Shown here: positions 39,156 to 49,006 of the stretch, piece by piece | How positions within the stretch are numbered: the stretch's first letter is position 1 | Layout of the letters: the number at the start of each line of letters is the position of its first letter | From: Candidatus Bathyarchaeia archaeon | GTDB taxonomy: Archaea; Thermoproteota; Bathyarchaeia; TCS64 | Reading direction: 5' to 3' | Assembly: GCA_050014495.1 (NCBI GenBank) | Contig: JBEKDF010000016.1 | Location: 1 to 63,324 of the forward strand | Length of the DNA: 63,324 nt | The notes under the pieces: model-generated | Seen by the model: only the letters and a program-made list of their open reading frames with translations | Database searches by the model: none | Told to the model about the DNA's origin: nothing | Position numbers and translations under genes: made by a program

Positions 39156-39557
39156 TTACAGCTTTCACTTATTTGCTATCTACGCGTGCGCGCGCATCTA
39201 TCTAGATAAGAAAATTAGATATTATTTATGGCCATAGTTTTGATACTTAACTATTATAAGGTGTCAATAATTTAGAGACCAATGCCCGATAATCGGAGCT
39301 TATATTGAGCTTCTTTCGTCATTCTGAGATAATAATTATAGCCATAAATTTGATTTTAAACAAGTTGATCAATCTCTTGGGACATTTTTTGTATCCGTAA
39401 TTGGAAACAATCATTTACGTGATTTTATCGTTTCATCCATCATGTAATCACTAAGGTCATTCTCGCGCGCGCCGATGCTGACTAACATGCATCTTGAGGT
39501 ACACCCCCTAATGTCCTTCGAGGAGTTAGGGGCATTCTTTGCGAAACATGAGAATGA

Positions 39558-39660
39558 TTAGAAGTTTTCATAGACGCACGCGTACGAGTTAAACTGGAGG
39601 ACAAATAGGTCAACCATTATAATCACTGATTAGAGTCAGGTGGAAGTGAGGATAAGACTA
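39558..39660 (-). pseudogene. Repeat plus MVD-family stub (MVDLFVLQFNSYA...), minus strand
   Basis: Reverse complement reads TAGTCTTATCCTCACTTCCACCTGACTCTAATCAGTGATTATAATGGTTGACCTA; ATG 39617, stop at 39558. Confidence 0.85.
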
Positions 39661-39735
39661 TTGAATGCTAGAGAGAATCACTCGAGGTCAACTTCGTGAG
39701 CCTTGAAAGCCTATCTCGGGTACATTTAAAAAGAA

Positions 39736-40005
39736 TTATCTTTCCGAATTATAGAGATTTACCGCAAAATTATGAATGTCACTTGAAGAACTAGTGTTTT
39801 TTATCACATCAATTAATAGAATTTTTGCCTCTAGAGAACCATCCTTGGCTAATCGCTTAGCTCTTATTAGTGCTGATTTCGTTACATCTTCAGACGAGTA
39901 GAAATCATTCAGAACTCCTCTAAGATGTTCAACTTCTTGTCGCCACGAGGGGTTAATGTATACTGGCTTATTCCTATTGACATATACCCAGTTTTCTTTA
40001 CCCAT
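39736..40005 (-). CDS. Hypothetical protein, AT-rich
   Basis: 89-aa ORF in the small island. Confidence 0.5.
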   Translation of the reverse strand: MGKENWVYVNRNKPVYINPSWRQEVEHLRGVLNDFYSSEDVTKSALIRAKRLAKDGSLEAKILLIDVIKNTSSSSDIHNFAVNLYNSER

Positions 40006-40200
40006 ACTAAGCTCACAATTTTTTAATTGTATATTGGAAATAAATAATTTTGGAATTTTTATTTCTAACTAATGGTTAGTGAATAATACATTCATTCAAC
40101 TGTCTCCCTTCCTGATGTGCCTAGATTTTATGAGGCTGAACATGGCCGTGATGCTTTAAGATAGGGTTGACTCTCACCCTGAGCCTCATCTGATGGGGCG

Positions 40201-40413
40201 GTGATATTGGTGCATAAAGACATTAAACGGAGCGAGGGTGAGGCTGTGAGGTCCTATGACATCGCGCTTCAGTTCTACGTCTCAAACACAGATGCAGATA
40301 GCATCAATGAGTACATCGTCCATGCGGTTCGGAAGTGGATCAACATGGAGGCCGAGGAACCAAAGGACTCCCGCGACTTCATATCCCAGGAGCTTAAACT
40401 AATACTACAATAG
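40201..40413 (+). CDS. Hypothetical protein
   Basis: 70-aa ORF; its stop overlaps an AGGTGA RBS-like word of the next ORF. Confidence 0.5.
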   Translation: MILVHKDIKRSEGEAVRSYDIALQFYVSNTDADSINEYIVHAVRKWINMEAEEPKDSRDFISQELKLILQ

Positions 40414-40422
40414 GTGAAGACC

Positions 40423-40548
40423 TTGAAATCGAAAGAGGAGAAGAAGGGTTACAGACTACCAACCGAATCGGAGAAGTGGGACGATAAACTTCGTGATGGG
40501 TTGAAGACAGTTCGCGGGACTAAGAAATATCACCCACCACGGGAATAG
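40423..40548 (+). CDS. Small basic hypothetical peptide (41 aa)
   Basis: TTG start 5 nt after AGGTGA; MKSKEEKKGYRLPTESEKWDDKLRDG... Confidence 0.4.
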   Translation: MKSKEEKKGYRLPTESEKWDDKLRDGLKTVRGTKKYHPPRE

Positions 40549-40577
40549 GTGAGCGCACGCATAACGAGTTGATCTCG

Positions 40578-40781
40578 ATGTCTCAAGAAGGTTATAGGAT
40601 AACAAAATTGTTGGAGCACTGGATCGAGCATAATGATGAACATGTCAAACGTTTCAGAGATGTGGCGGAAGAGGCTGCTAGTGCCGGTCTCCAGGACGTA
40701 GCTGAATATATGCGGCTGGCTGCGGAGAAGGGAGATGAGGTCACGATGCATCTGAAGAAGGCTTTGAACTCAGTAAAATGA
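40578..40781 (+). CDS. Small His-containing helical protein, probable Ni-handling accessory factor
   Basis: LLEHWIEHNDEH motif; adjacent to the cdh operon. Confidence 0.75.
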   Translation: MSQEGYRITKLLEHWIEHNDEHVKRFRDVAEEAASAGLQDVAEYMRLAAEKGDEVTMHLKKALNSVK

Positions 40782-40805
40782 TAAAGTAGAGTTAAAAAGT
40801 GGGCA

Positions 40806-42227
40806 TTATTCGACTGTAGGCTTCCATTCCTCCTCTAGGTACTTTGGAATCCCAGAGGAGTCGCGAGGCCCAACGGATACTGTCCAACCGGATACCTCCT
40901 GGATCTCACCGCTCAGCCGGGCAGATCTACCTGGTATCACGATGTGCCTGTGTTTAACGAGGTCACCAAGCTTATAGGTCTTAATGGCTTCTGCAATCGT
41001 GTCTGCCGTCATTTTTCTTCCAGCAACGGCGCTCTCTACAGATAAGCCCTCGCTGTCGACGACCAGCAAGTAGCAGTTGAGTTTCGCTTTTTCGATGTCT
41101 GATGCCACCGTGTAGTAGGTCAGGGCGAAGTTCGAGGTTAAGAAGACGGGTGACATGTCATTGACCTCACCGAAAGTCTTAATCCCCGCTTCCACTGACA
41201 CCGGTTTTCTGGGGTCCGTATATAGGTTCTGCCTTAGTATTACAATGGGTAGATGTGACCAACCGGAGACGCTGTGAAGGATTAGCACGTCCGAGTACCT
41301 GGTTATGAGCGCTGATGCAAGCATGGCCTCGTTCCACTCTTTGACAATCTGATCTTCGGATGTATTTGCCCAGGTCACCATGGGGACACCGAGGAGCGGG
41401 AAGCCGAGGTACTCCTCTTCCTCGTTGATTGCGTCCCACCGCAGGATAGTGAAGTTGCTAAGGGTCGTCGATACGCCGTCGTCCCACAGGGTTCCGGGGT
41501 CCAGGACGATGTCCTCGACGCCGTATTCCCAAAGGGTTTTCGCCAACGACTTTAGTCCATCGATGTCCTGAGGGCTTGAAGCTACTATCGGGCACTTGTA
41601 CATCAGGGCGAGGTCCGCCATCTCCTTCCAGTTGGTCCTCGTCGCTGCGTATATCAGAGGCCTCTTCTTCCCGACCACAGATAACGCCTGCTCCATAACC
41701 GCCGGATCCAAGGCGCAGAGAACGAGAGGCTTGGAAGTGAGGCTATCCACTTTCTTAATTACTGACTCAAATTTGCCGGCATCGTTTGATGTGCACCTCA
41801 CCGCGATCATATCGAGTGTTAACTTCATCCCGATGTACTCGTAGAGGAAGTTGTTGAGCCATTTTACTCGAACCTCTAATTCCTCTTCGGACATCTCATC
41901 TGAGACGTCGATAGCGATGGCTGTAGGGTTAAAATACGTGAACTCGTGGCGATAGAGAACATATTCTCCACCAAGTCTTTTCACGTATTCCCCAACGCCG
42001 ACATCGACTGCTCTCACGGGAGGTTTGAGTAGAGCCCATAGCTTGTTAAAAACTTCAGTTTGTTTTGGATCAAGGATTGGTTTGCACTCTGTGAGTGCTG
42101 CTTCCTTGTTCACGAGTTTGGCAGCGAAAGCCATGCAGTTGGTTTCTCCGCACTCCTTGCAGTTAGTTCTGGGAAGATACTTGTAGATTTCAATCGGACT
42201 TAGTTCTTTAGCGGGCATCTCTACCAC
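40806..42227 (-). CDS. cdhE: ACDS gamma subunit (corrinoid Fe-S protein large subunit)
   Basis: LPRTNCKECGETNCMAFA, YTDPRKP, TSNFALTY, VGPRDS. Confidence 0.97.
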   Translation of the reverse strand: MVEMPAKELSPIEIYKYLPRTNCKECGETNCMAFAAKLVNKEAALTECKPILDPKQTEVFNKLWALLKPPVRAVDVGVGEYVKRLGGEYVLYRHEFTYFNPTAIAIDVSDEMSEEELEVRVKWLNNFLYEYIGMKLTLDMIAVRCTSNDAGKFESVIKKVDSLTSKPLVLCALDPAVMEQALSVVGKKRPLIYAATRTNWKEMADLALMYKCPIVASSPQDIDGLKSLAKTLWEYGVEDIVLDPGTLWDDGVSTTLSNFTILRWDAINEEEEYLGFPLLGVPMVTWANTSEDQIVKEWNEAMLASALITRYSDVLILHSVSGWSHLPIVILRQNLYTDPRKPVSVEAGIKTFGEVNDMSPVFLTSNFALTYYTVASDIEKAKLNCYLLVVDSEGLSVESAVAGRKMTADTIAEAIKTYKLGDLVKHRHIVIPGRSARLSGEIQEVSGWTVSVGPRDSSGIPKYLEEEWKPTVE

Positions 42228-43445
42228 CTACACCTTCAGGGAGACCCACTCCACGGTCTCCTTGGCGTTCTTTCCGCTCGTGAGGTTGTCAACCAGGGTC
42301 CTAATGGCGTTAGCTGCTGCGGGGTGCATCATCATGAAGTAATCCACTCCAGTGAGGAGGAGAGTCTGCGCAGTGATGGTCTCCCAGAGTGGACCCCTTA
42401 GCTCCCTTGGAGTCCACTGGTCATCCATTTTCATCCAGGCTTCCCTAGCCGCCCATGCATTTGTTGACCCAGACGACATTGGGTGGTTTAGCTCTGTGTC
42501 TCCCCGAAGCGCTGCAATGCGGCATCGCTCCATGACCGAAAATGCGTAGTCAAGTCCGTAACCGAGAGCTGCCGTCGTCGTGTCCATCACGATACTCTCT
42601 TTCGGCAGGTAATCGTAGAGCTTCCTATTGAGTTCCCTCGCCTTGTTCATGTCCATACTCGTGAAGGCGATGGCGGTGTGATCGTTATCCTTGACAAACT
42701 TAGCTGACTTCTCTATATCCATGTCGAGTGTTATGGAGTTGAAGAGGATCCTTTCACCTTTCGTTGCCTCAGCTACCGCCGTAAAAACTTCCAAGTCTTT
42801 CTTCGGGTCGCCACATCCTCCTATGGCGATAGGAACATCAACAGCTTGTAGAACATTCTCCGTAACCTTTACCGCTTGCTTTGGAGATGAGTCCTCGATG
42901 AGTGGATCAATAGTCAGAAAGTGGAGGTTAATCATTTCGGCATTGAACTTGTTTACGCAGAGTTTTGCCCATTCCGCGGGGTCATGGACGACGTCTCTAT
43001 AGTGCTCTTTTACGGCCTTGGCGAGGGAAACATTTGGCCAGTCGAAGACATCAAAGGCTATAATCGGCTTGTGTGGAAGGGGATTTTGAAAGTTATAGTA
43101 GGCAGGGGCTGTCTCTCCTCCGATAATTATTGATGTGCTGCGTGAGCCACCTTCCTTCCTCGTGGCTCCAAGTTTGACTTCAACTATCTTTCCCGAATAC
43201 TCCTGGGTTGGTATCGTGACCTTTGCATCCAGAAGGGAAGTTGGTTTCGTTTTTCCCGGAATAACAGGCGCTACGGGCCTCAGAGCCCCCCTCATCATGC
43301 TTGGTGTGAGGCTAACCTCGAGCTCGTCGAAGGAAAGCTCGACATCGTCGAGTTCAATTTCCTGGAATTTCGCGAGGGCCTCAAGGATATCAATGCTTAT
43401 CGGTAGGATTTCCTTTTTCTCCTTTCTGTTGGCCAACACCGTCAC
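42228..43445 (-). CDS. cdhD: ACDS delta subunit (corrinoid Fe-S protein small subunit)
   Basis: DPAEWAK, GGCGDPKKD, ALGYGLDY, NAWAAREAW, MMMHP. Confidence 0.96.
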   Translation of the reverse strand: MTVLANRKEKKEILPISIDILEALAKFQEIELDDVELSFDELEVSLTPSMMRGALRPVAPVIPGKTKPTSLLDAKVTIPTQEYSGKIVEVKLGATRKEGGSRSTSIIIGGETAPAYYNFQNPLPHKPIIAFDVFDWPNVSLAKAVKEHYRDVVHDPAEWAKLCVNKFNAEMINLHFLTIDPLIEDSSPKQAVKVTENVLQAVDVPIAIGGCGDPKKDLEVFTAVAEATKGERILFNSITLDMDIEKSAKFVKDNDHTAIAFTSMDMNKARELNRKLYDYLPKESIVMDTTTAALGYGLDYAFSVMERCRIAALRGDTELNHPMSSGSTNAWAAREAWMKMDDQWTPRELRGPLWETITAQTLLLTGVDYFMMMHPAAANAIRTLVDNLTSGKNAKETVEWVSLKV

Positions 43446-44845
43446 CTTTTCTCTGCTTTTATGATCAGCTTCTCGGCCTTGATCTTGGCGTTCTTCAGGA
43501 TGATCTTGAAGTTCATGCCAGCGGGTAGGCCCTGGATGGGGGCGAAGTCGCCGGGTAACTCAAGTGTAGGTACTGTAAGCTCTCCAGTATTTTCTGGTGT
43601 AGCTGCTATCGATGTCTCGACCCATGTCTTAACTATCGGATGTTCCTTAGTCTTCAGGAAGGCTTTTAGTTCATCTAGGCTCTTGACGTCGTTCTCTGTG
43701 GCTATCTTCGGGATGATTTCGGGTGGCATGTACTCTTTTAGGCGTTCCTTGATCTCGGTTGGCATCCAGACGATCCTATTCCAACCCCCATCTGCTTGGA
43801 GGAAGCGTGGGCTCCTCATGTACTCGAGGGATAAACCATGGAACCCGTCTACTTGCCGGCCACCAGCTGTTAGGTCAGATATGGTGACGAAATTTAGGCC
43901 ATTCACCGTTTCGCCCTTGTAGTTTCTATGGACCACTCCGAATCCGTCCACCTCAGGAATGTAAAAGGCGACACCCTCGAAGCAGCCGCAGCTTGTGTGG
44001 GGATAACCGAAGGCAGTGTAGAGATAAACCCGCTCAATCTCGCCTAGGCTCTTATTTTTTATGACTTTATTGACGCCCTCATACTCTCCTTTGAGATCAT
44101 CGATTTTCTTCCCTTTTTCAATCTCGAAGACGGGGCCTTTCGGATCTATTTTGGCGGTCGCTCTGCCGTCGAACCAGCTTATAGCACCGCAGTTGGCGTA
44201 TCGTTGAGGCGTAATAACACAGAGGTGAGTCGGAGCGAAGGACTGGCAAAGGCTACAGCCGTAGAAGACATCCACGTCATCGTCGTTCATGCCTCTCGCT
44301 CTTGCGTCCCTCAAATTGTATATCTTCATCGCCTCCTCATAACCTTCTTTCACCTTCTCGGGATCGGTGATAAAACAGACTTGTATCTTCTCGATGAAGG
44401 GCATCTCACTCTTATAGAGACGCAATAAAACGGTTCCAAACACTTTAAAGCTGTTGAACCCTCTCTCATATGATTTCTTACTCAGGCGGAGCTGGATATC
44501 GTAGCGCTGGTTCAGGTGCATGAAGCCTTCGATGAAGTTGACGTACTCATGCATGCGCCTCTCGATTACGCCCTCGAGGTCCTTTTCTATTTCCTTACCG
44601 GCGACCTCGATCAGGATGCCGATAGGATGGTTCTGCCCGACGCCGAGCTCCGGTATGTCCTTCCCAATTATCTTGATGACTCCATCTTCTATCTCATCCA
44701 TCTTCCTAGCCTGGACGAGTTCATACTTATACGCCTCACGGGGACCACCAAGCTCGACCTGCATGTCCTTTCCCCTGATGCGTTCACCCTCATAGATGAT
44801 CCCTACCCCAACTGGGATATCATCAAACATCGACATCTCAGCCAC
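43442..44845 (-). CDS. cdhC: ACDS beta subunit (acetyl-CoA synthase)
   Basis: YEGERIR, HLNQR, CSLCQSFAPTH, PHTSCGCFE. Confidence 0.97.
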   Translation of the reverse strand: MAEMSMFDDIPVGVGIIYEGERIRGKDMQVELGGPREAYKYELVQARKMDEIEDGVIKIIGKDIPELGVGQNHPIGILIEVAGKEIEKDLEGVIERRMHEYVNFIEGFMHLNQRYDIQLRLSKKSYERGFNSFKVFGTVLLRLYKSEMPFIEKIQVCFITDPEKVKEGYEEAMKIYNLRDARARGMNDDDVDVFYGCSLCQSFAPTHLCVITPQRYANCGAISWFDGRATAKIDPKGPVFEIEKGKKIDDLKGEYEGVNKVIKNKSLGEIERVYLYTAFGYPHTSCGCFEGVAFYIPEVDGFGVVHRNYKGETVNGLNFVTISDLTAGGRQVDGFHGLSLEYMRSPRFLQADGGWNRIVWMPTEIKERLKEYMPPEIIPKIATENDVKSLDELKAFLKTKEHPIVKTWVETSIAATPENTGELTVPTLELPGDFAPIQGLPAGMNFKIILKNAKIKAEKLIIKAEKR

Positions 44846-45389
44846 TCTCCTCCAAGTTTTTCACGATTTTTTCTATTTCTTCCTTCCACTCTTTTTCTAC
44901 CATATATCCTATGGACCAGGTCGCGTTCGGCTGGTACGTCCTATCTAAAGAGATCGTACTGAGCTCCATGGCGAAGCTCTTCAGTCCCGATAAAACCAAC
45001 CATTCCAGGTAATATGGGAAACCGGTGAAGATAACGAGGTCATAAGACCCCTTTCCATCGAATCCACCCCAAATAGGATCCCTCAATCGGTCACCGAGGT
45101 TCATCAGCTGCATGCTGAATACCCTATTTTCCTTTCGCTTCTTGAACTCAGCGACTAAGTGTCCTGTGGCTACCAACGTCATTTTTGGGTTCCTTAGAAG
45201 CCTAATCGATGTGTCCACAAATTTGCCGTCAACGGTCGCCACATTAATCGATTCAGACCCGATTACAAACAGCGGGCGAGATGCCTTCTTAATCAGAGAT
45301 ATAACGACCTCAGCGCTCGGGAATATCTGGGCTTTACGAGGCCCAGCGATCTCAGCAAGCTGACCAGTTATTGGCCTACCAGGCATCAA
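44838..45389 (-). CDS. cdhB: ACDS epsilon subunit
   Basis: IKKASRPL, WGGFDGKGSYDL, YQPNA; operon position. Confidence 0.93.
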   Translation of the reverse strand: MMPGRPITGQLAEIAGPRKAQIFPSAEVVISLIKKASRPLFVIGSESINVATVDGKFVDTSIRLLRNPKMTLVATGHLVAEFKKRKENRVFSMQLMNLGDRLRDPIWGGFDGKGSYDLVIFTGFPYYLEWLVLSGLKSFAMELSTISLDRTYQPNATWSIGYMVEKEWKEEIEKIVKNLEESG

Positions 45390-47731
45390 TCTCGCCTCCT
45401 CACCATTCTGTCGAGCAGGGTAGGGTCAGGTGACGCAATCTCATCCTCCACCCAATCCTTTTCCTGAAGCGCCTTAGTCACTTCATCCCTCATAGTAAAG
45501 GGTATGTCCTGAAGCCTACGCACGAAGAAATTGAGGTCGTCCGGCATCGTGTTATAGTACTTTTGATGGAGGTCGATATAGTGGCTCAGTTTGACTGCCC
45601 TGCCTTTGTTGGTGTCGTTAGGGCGCATGGTTAGTTTCGCAATCATGACAATGGCCTCTTCCATGGTCTCAGCAGTGTAGAACAGGTGCTCTGGGACGGG
45701 TCCAATGTAGACCTCCTTTCCATCGCGGGCGTTGAACACCTTCCAGTCCTCAACATTCTCCTTCCGACCTAGGAGCATGCGCCTATACTTGGCACCATGG
45801 GGACCGACAACAACGGGGATTCCGAGCCTCCAGCAGCCTGCAGCTATGGACGCAGCTTTCTGGGACATAGCACCCCAGGCTACGCCGACAGCGCCAACCC
45901 TGTTGTGAATGTAGTCTGCGATTTCCTCATAGTTGCCTCGCAGGGGGCGCTTCGCGAATATGTTCGCGATCTTTATCGCCGCTCCACTGATGTGGGAGTT
46001 AGCAACGCAACTCCCGACGTTTACAAGGCCACCAGCATCGAAGTCTCCCGGGAACTTCTGGTAGAGATTCAACCCCTCCTCGTCTCTGGTCATCGCGATG
46101 TTCATGGCTGAACATCCCGAGGCAACGACGATGAATCGACGATTTAGGAACTCCTCACTAATCTTAGCTACCTCGTTTCCGCCTGCGGGGAAGTTTGCAC
46201 ACCCTACCATGGCTATGAGGCCAGGGATCTCTCCAAAGACGATAGGACTGCCGACTTCTCTGATCTCGACATCGGTGATTGCGCCGCGTCCCACTCTAAT
46301 GGGAAACTTCTCGTTTTGTATTACCTTTTCAGCACCCTTATTGAAGAAGGAGATTAGAGAAAATCCGACTGGACAAGCGCTCTCGCAGCGTCCACATCCT
46401 ACACACAGTGGGTAGATTGCGCCCAGTGGCTCCATGTCTCCATTCGCTGCAGCCCTCACGGCGTCATTTATAGGGAGATTATTTGGGCAGGCCCGGACGC
46501 ATTCCATGCAGTCCCTACATTTTCTAGCCTGCTCTGAGATTGCCTCAACAGTCAGAGGCATGAAGCTCTTCCTGTTACCATGGACTTTCATCACGGTCTT
46601 AACTGCGACTTCTCCAACCTTCCTTGGGTTTATTATGAGAACGCCAGGAACCTTACCTGTCACAAGGTCATCTACAACATTGGCGGGATCATCATTAGTT
46701 CTGTTTGGGAGGCCTAACATGCTCTTCTCGCTGGATGCAATGACGGGTGCGCCAATTTTTTTAGCCTCTTCGATAATATCAGTCCTTAGACACTGCTCAT
46801 CGACGACGACCAGATCGGGTATCCCTGAACGAATGAATCTCAGTTGCCAGGATATGGGACCGATTATCTTCGCCCGCTTGTTATATCTACTGTTATCATG
46901 GGCTGTGCAGCAGATTCCTCCGACCTCGACCTCGTCAAAGAGGTCGTTTTCCATGAGGTAGTCGATGATGTCGATGCTAGGTAGCACGTTATGACCTATG
47001 CACAGGATGACCGCCTTTTTTGAGTCTAAAGATCCAATGCCCAGATCGGTCGTAGGTGTATCTGCGACGCCCTTTGGCATACCAAGGGTTGCTATCTGTT
47101 CAATATCGGCGACCTCCATTGCTACGTGGTCGAGCATACCCGCGTGGAATGCTTTTGACTCGAAGTCGATGTTGTCACCTTCTTGTCCCGTGTGTGTGGC
47201 GGCTAAAAGCTGAACAAGCTGAGTCTCAACGTAGTCTAAAGCATCTTCTAAATCCCTAAGCGTCTTGGGCCGGATGCCGCAGACGAGGCGAATATTGGGT
47301 GCCTCAACGTTGGTGTTGATGGCGACATCCAATGGCGTGTCTTTCCCGAATTCCTCGATTAGGTGATCTAGCATATGCCTAGCGTGAGCTGTGTGGGTGG
47401 ATGCCCCCATACAGCAGGCTATAAGCACGATTCTGGACTGTTGACCGGCCATGTTGATGCCGCATGCGCCTCGCTTATCGCCTGTCAAGTCGCATTTACC
47501 GAAGGTACAGAGACAACAGAGGTCACAGTCCGGCATGTAGAACGGTTTATATCGATTTAACAGAGTCCGGTCCCAATTGCGGAATGTGCTTACGGATGGC
47601 CAGGGAGTTGGACCCATGGGTTCTTCCCAGTCATCGGAGATGATCCGTCCTACCTCAATCTCCAAACCCTTTAATTGTCCCACGGGTAAGGTTAATTCAT
47701 CAATTTTTAATTTCAGTTCTCGCTTTGGCAA
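45386..47731 (-). CDS. cdhA: ACDS alpha subunit (CO dehydrogenase)
   Basis: CDLCCLCTFGKC, GHN, GICCTAHD, DEQC, extra ferredoxin motifs, GSCVAN, SQKA. Confidence 0.98.
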   Translation of the reverse strand: MPKRELKLKIDELTLPVGQLKGLEIEVGRIISDDWEEPMGPTPWPSVSTFRNWDRTLLNRYKPFYMPDCDLCCLCTFGKCDLTGDKRGACGINMAGQQSRIVLIACCMGASTHTAHARHMLDHLIEEFGKDTPLDVAINTNVEAPNIRLVCGIRPKTLRDLEDALDYVETQLVQLLAATHTGQEGDNIDFESKAFHAGMLDHVAMEVADIEQIATLGMPKGVADTPTTDLGIGSLDSKKAVILCIGHNVLPSIDIIDYLMENDLFDEVEVGGICCTAHDNSRYNKRAKIIGPISWQLRFIRSGIPDLVVVDEQCLRTDIIEEAKKIGAPVIASSEKSMLGLPNRTNDDPANVVDDLVTGKVPGVLIINPRKVGEVAVKTVMKVHGNRKSFMPLTVEAISEQARKCRDCMECVRACPNNLPINDAVRAAANGDMEPLGAIYPLCVGCGRCESACPVGFSLISFFNKGAEKVIQNEKFPIRVGRGAITDVEIREVGSPIVFGEIPGLIAMVGCANFPAGGNEVAKISEEFLNRRFIVVASGCSAMNIAMTRDEEGLNLYQKFPGDFDAGGLVNVGSCVANSHISGAAIKIANIFAKRPLRGNYEEIADYIHNRVGAVGVAWGAMSQKAASIAAGCWRLGIPVVVGPHGAKYRRMLLGRKENVEDWKVFNARDGKEVYIGPVPEHLFYTAETMEEAIVMIAKLTMRPNDTNKGRAVKLSHYIDLHQKYYNTMPDDLNFFVRRLQDIPFTMRDEVTKALQEKDWVEDEIASPDPTLLDRMVRRRD

Positions 47732-47917
47732 TTAGTCACAACCTGTCAGGATAATAATCATAGTACTTTGTGATCATTGTATTTAGAGATTTCCGAAAAA
47801 CTAGCTTCTAAACTCTCTCTCGGTTAAGCTTAAAGCTCCAAACCCAAATCTCTCCTATCGCGTGTATCATACAAAGAAAATGTGTGCGCGCGCACATCAC
47901 AAGAGAGTGCGCTCCGC

Positions 47918-48613
47918 CTAGGTTCTCTCGAAGTTGGGGAAAGAGCGACGGACTAATATTAGCAGAGGTGTCCCTACCACCGTGGCGAGAAGCGTCAGGA
48001 ACGTCCGCTCCATCACCGCGATGGGGAGGGTACCCATGAATAGGGCTGGGAGTGGGTGTAAGAGGGCTATGAATATCAAGTCGCCCAAGAGGTGCCCCAC
48101 TAGTGTACTGGGGAAGGCCGTCAATACTACTCCGAGGGTAATCTTCTTCGCATCCTTACTGTGGATTAGGTCCGCGATCCTGCCGCGGAACACGAGGATG
48201 ACCGCCAGCCCAAGTAAGTGAAGTGAAGGGTAAAGAGGCGCCCCCTGTCCCACATCCGTCGAGTACCACGTGACGATGAGGACGATCATTGTCGCGGCCG
48301 AGAGTGCCCAACCGGGGATCCGCCAGACGCGGCGACGACCCAAGCATGCTGCAGAGAAAGTCGAGATCGCTGCCAGAGGCGTGAAGAATAGGTTGCTGCC
48401 TCCCCCGTTGATGGTATTGCCGATGACAGAGCCGAGAAAGGCTGCTGCAGGCCCGTAGATCGGGCCTAGGAGAAGCCCATAAACGATCTCGATTGCACGT
48501 ACGGGTTCGATGCTGCTGCCAGCTAATCCGATAATAGGGAAGCCGGGTATGAAGCTCCCTGCTGCATAGAGAGCCGCAAATATGGTGACCGCTGCAAGGT
48601 CGCGTGATCGCAT
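47918..48613 (-). CDS. ECF transporter substrate-binding S component
   Basis: FAALYAA, GLLLGPIYG..AAFLG, ERT..T; 6-7 TM segments. Confidence 0.8.
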   Translation of the reverse strand: MRSRDLAAVTIFAALYAAGSFIPGFPIIGLAGSSIEPVRAIEIVYGLLLGPIYGPAAAFLGSVIGNTINGGGSNLFFTPLAAISTFSAACLGRRRVWRIPGWALSAATMIVLIVTWYSTDVGQGAPLYPSLHLLGLAVILVFRGRIADLIHSKDAKKITLGVVLTAFPSTLVGHLLGDLIFIALLHPLPALFMGTLPIAVMERTFLTLLATVVGTPLLILVRRSFPNFERT

Positions 48614-49006
48614 AAGTTTCGGGTAGTTACACGGTATATTAAAACTTGATTACACAGGTGTGACGAATAAATTGATGGCGTCGGAGAGTATCCTGAGGAT
48701 CCTCAGCCAAAAGTGTTCGAAGGCAGTAGCATCATCATTCTCCTTGTTAATGTTTGACAATGTTAATTTCGTCTCGATGAGTTCTTGTTTTAATCTCTTC
48801 TTATTCTTTAGAAACAGGATTCGAATGCTTTTTTAAAAGATGGTCTATTCCTCGATACAGGGCTTAGAATAGGGATAATGATCGCGCCCGCACGCGCGGG
48901 TATGGATAAAGTCTTCGCCGTTTATGAAGACCCCCAGCACTTGATCTCTTTGGAATTTAGCAACATGTTGGCTCGCTCTTTTATATGTAAAAGTTAAGGA
49001 TTAATT

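Noticed and set aside
39198..39225. Possible Xer dif site (TCTAGATAA-GAAAA-TTAGATAT)
   Set aside because: The spacer is 5 bp rather than 6 and the arms match poorly.
48650..48832. ~60-codon minus-strand open stretch (IRILFLKNKKRLKQEL...) and palindrome CTGAGGATCCTCAG
   Set aside because: No start codon at its 5' end (only internal TTG/GTG) and no recognisable family; at most a gene remnant.
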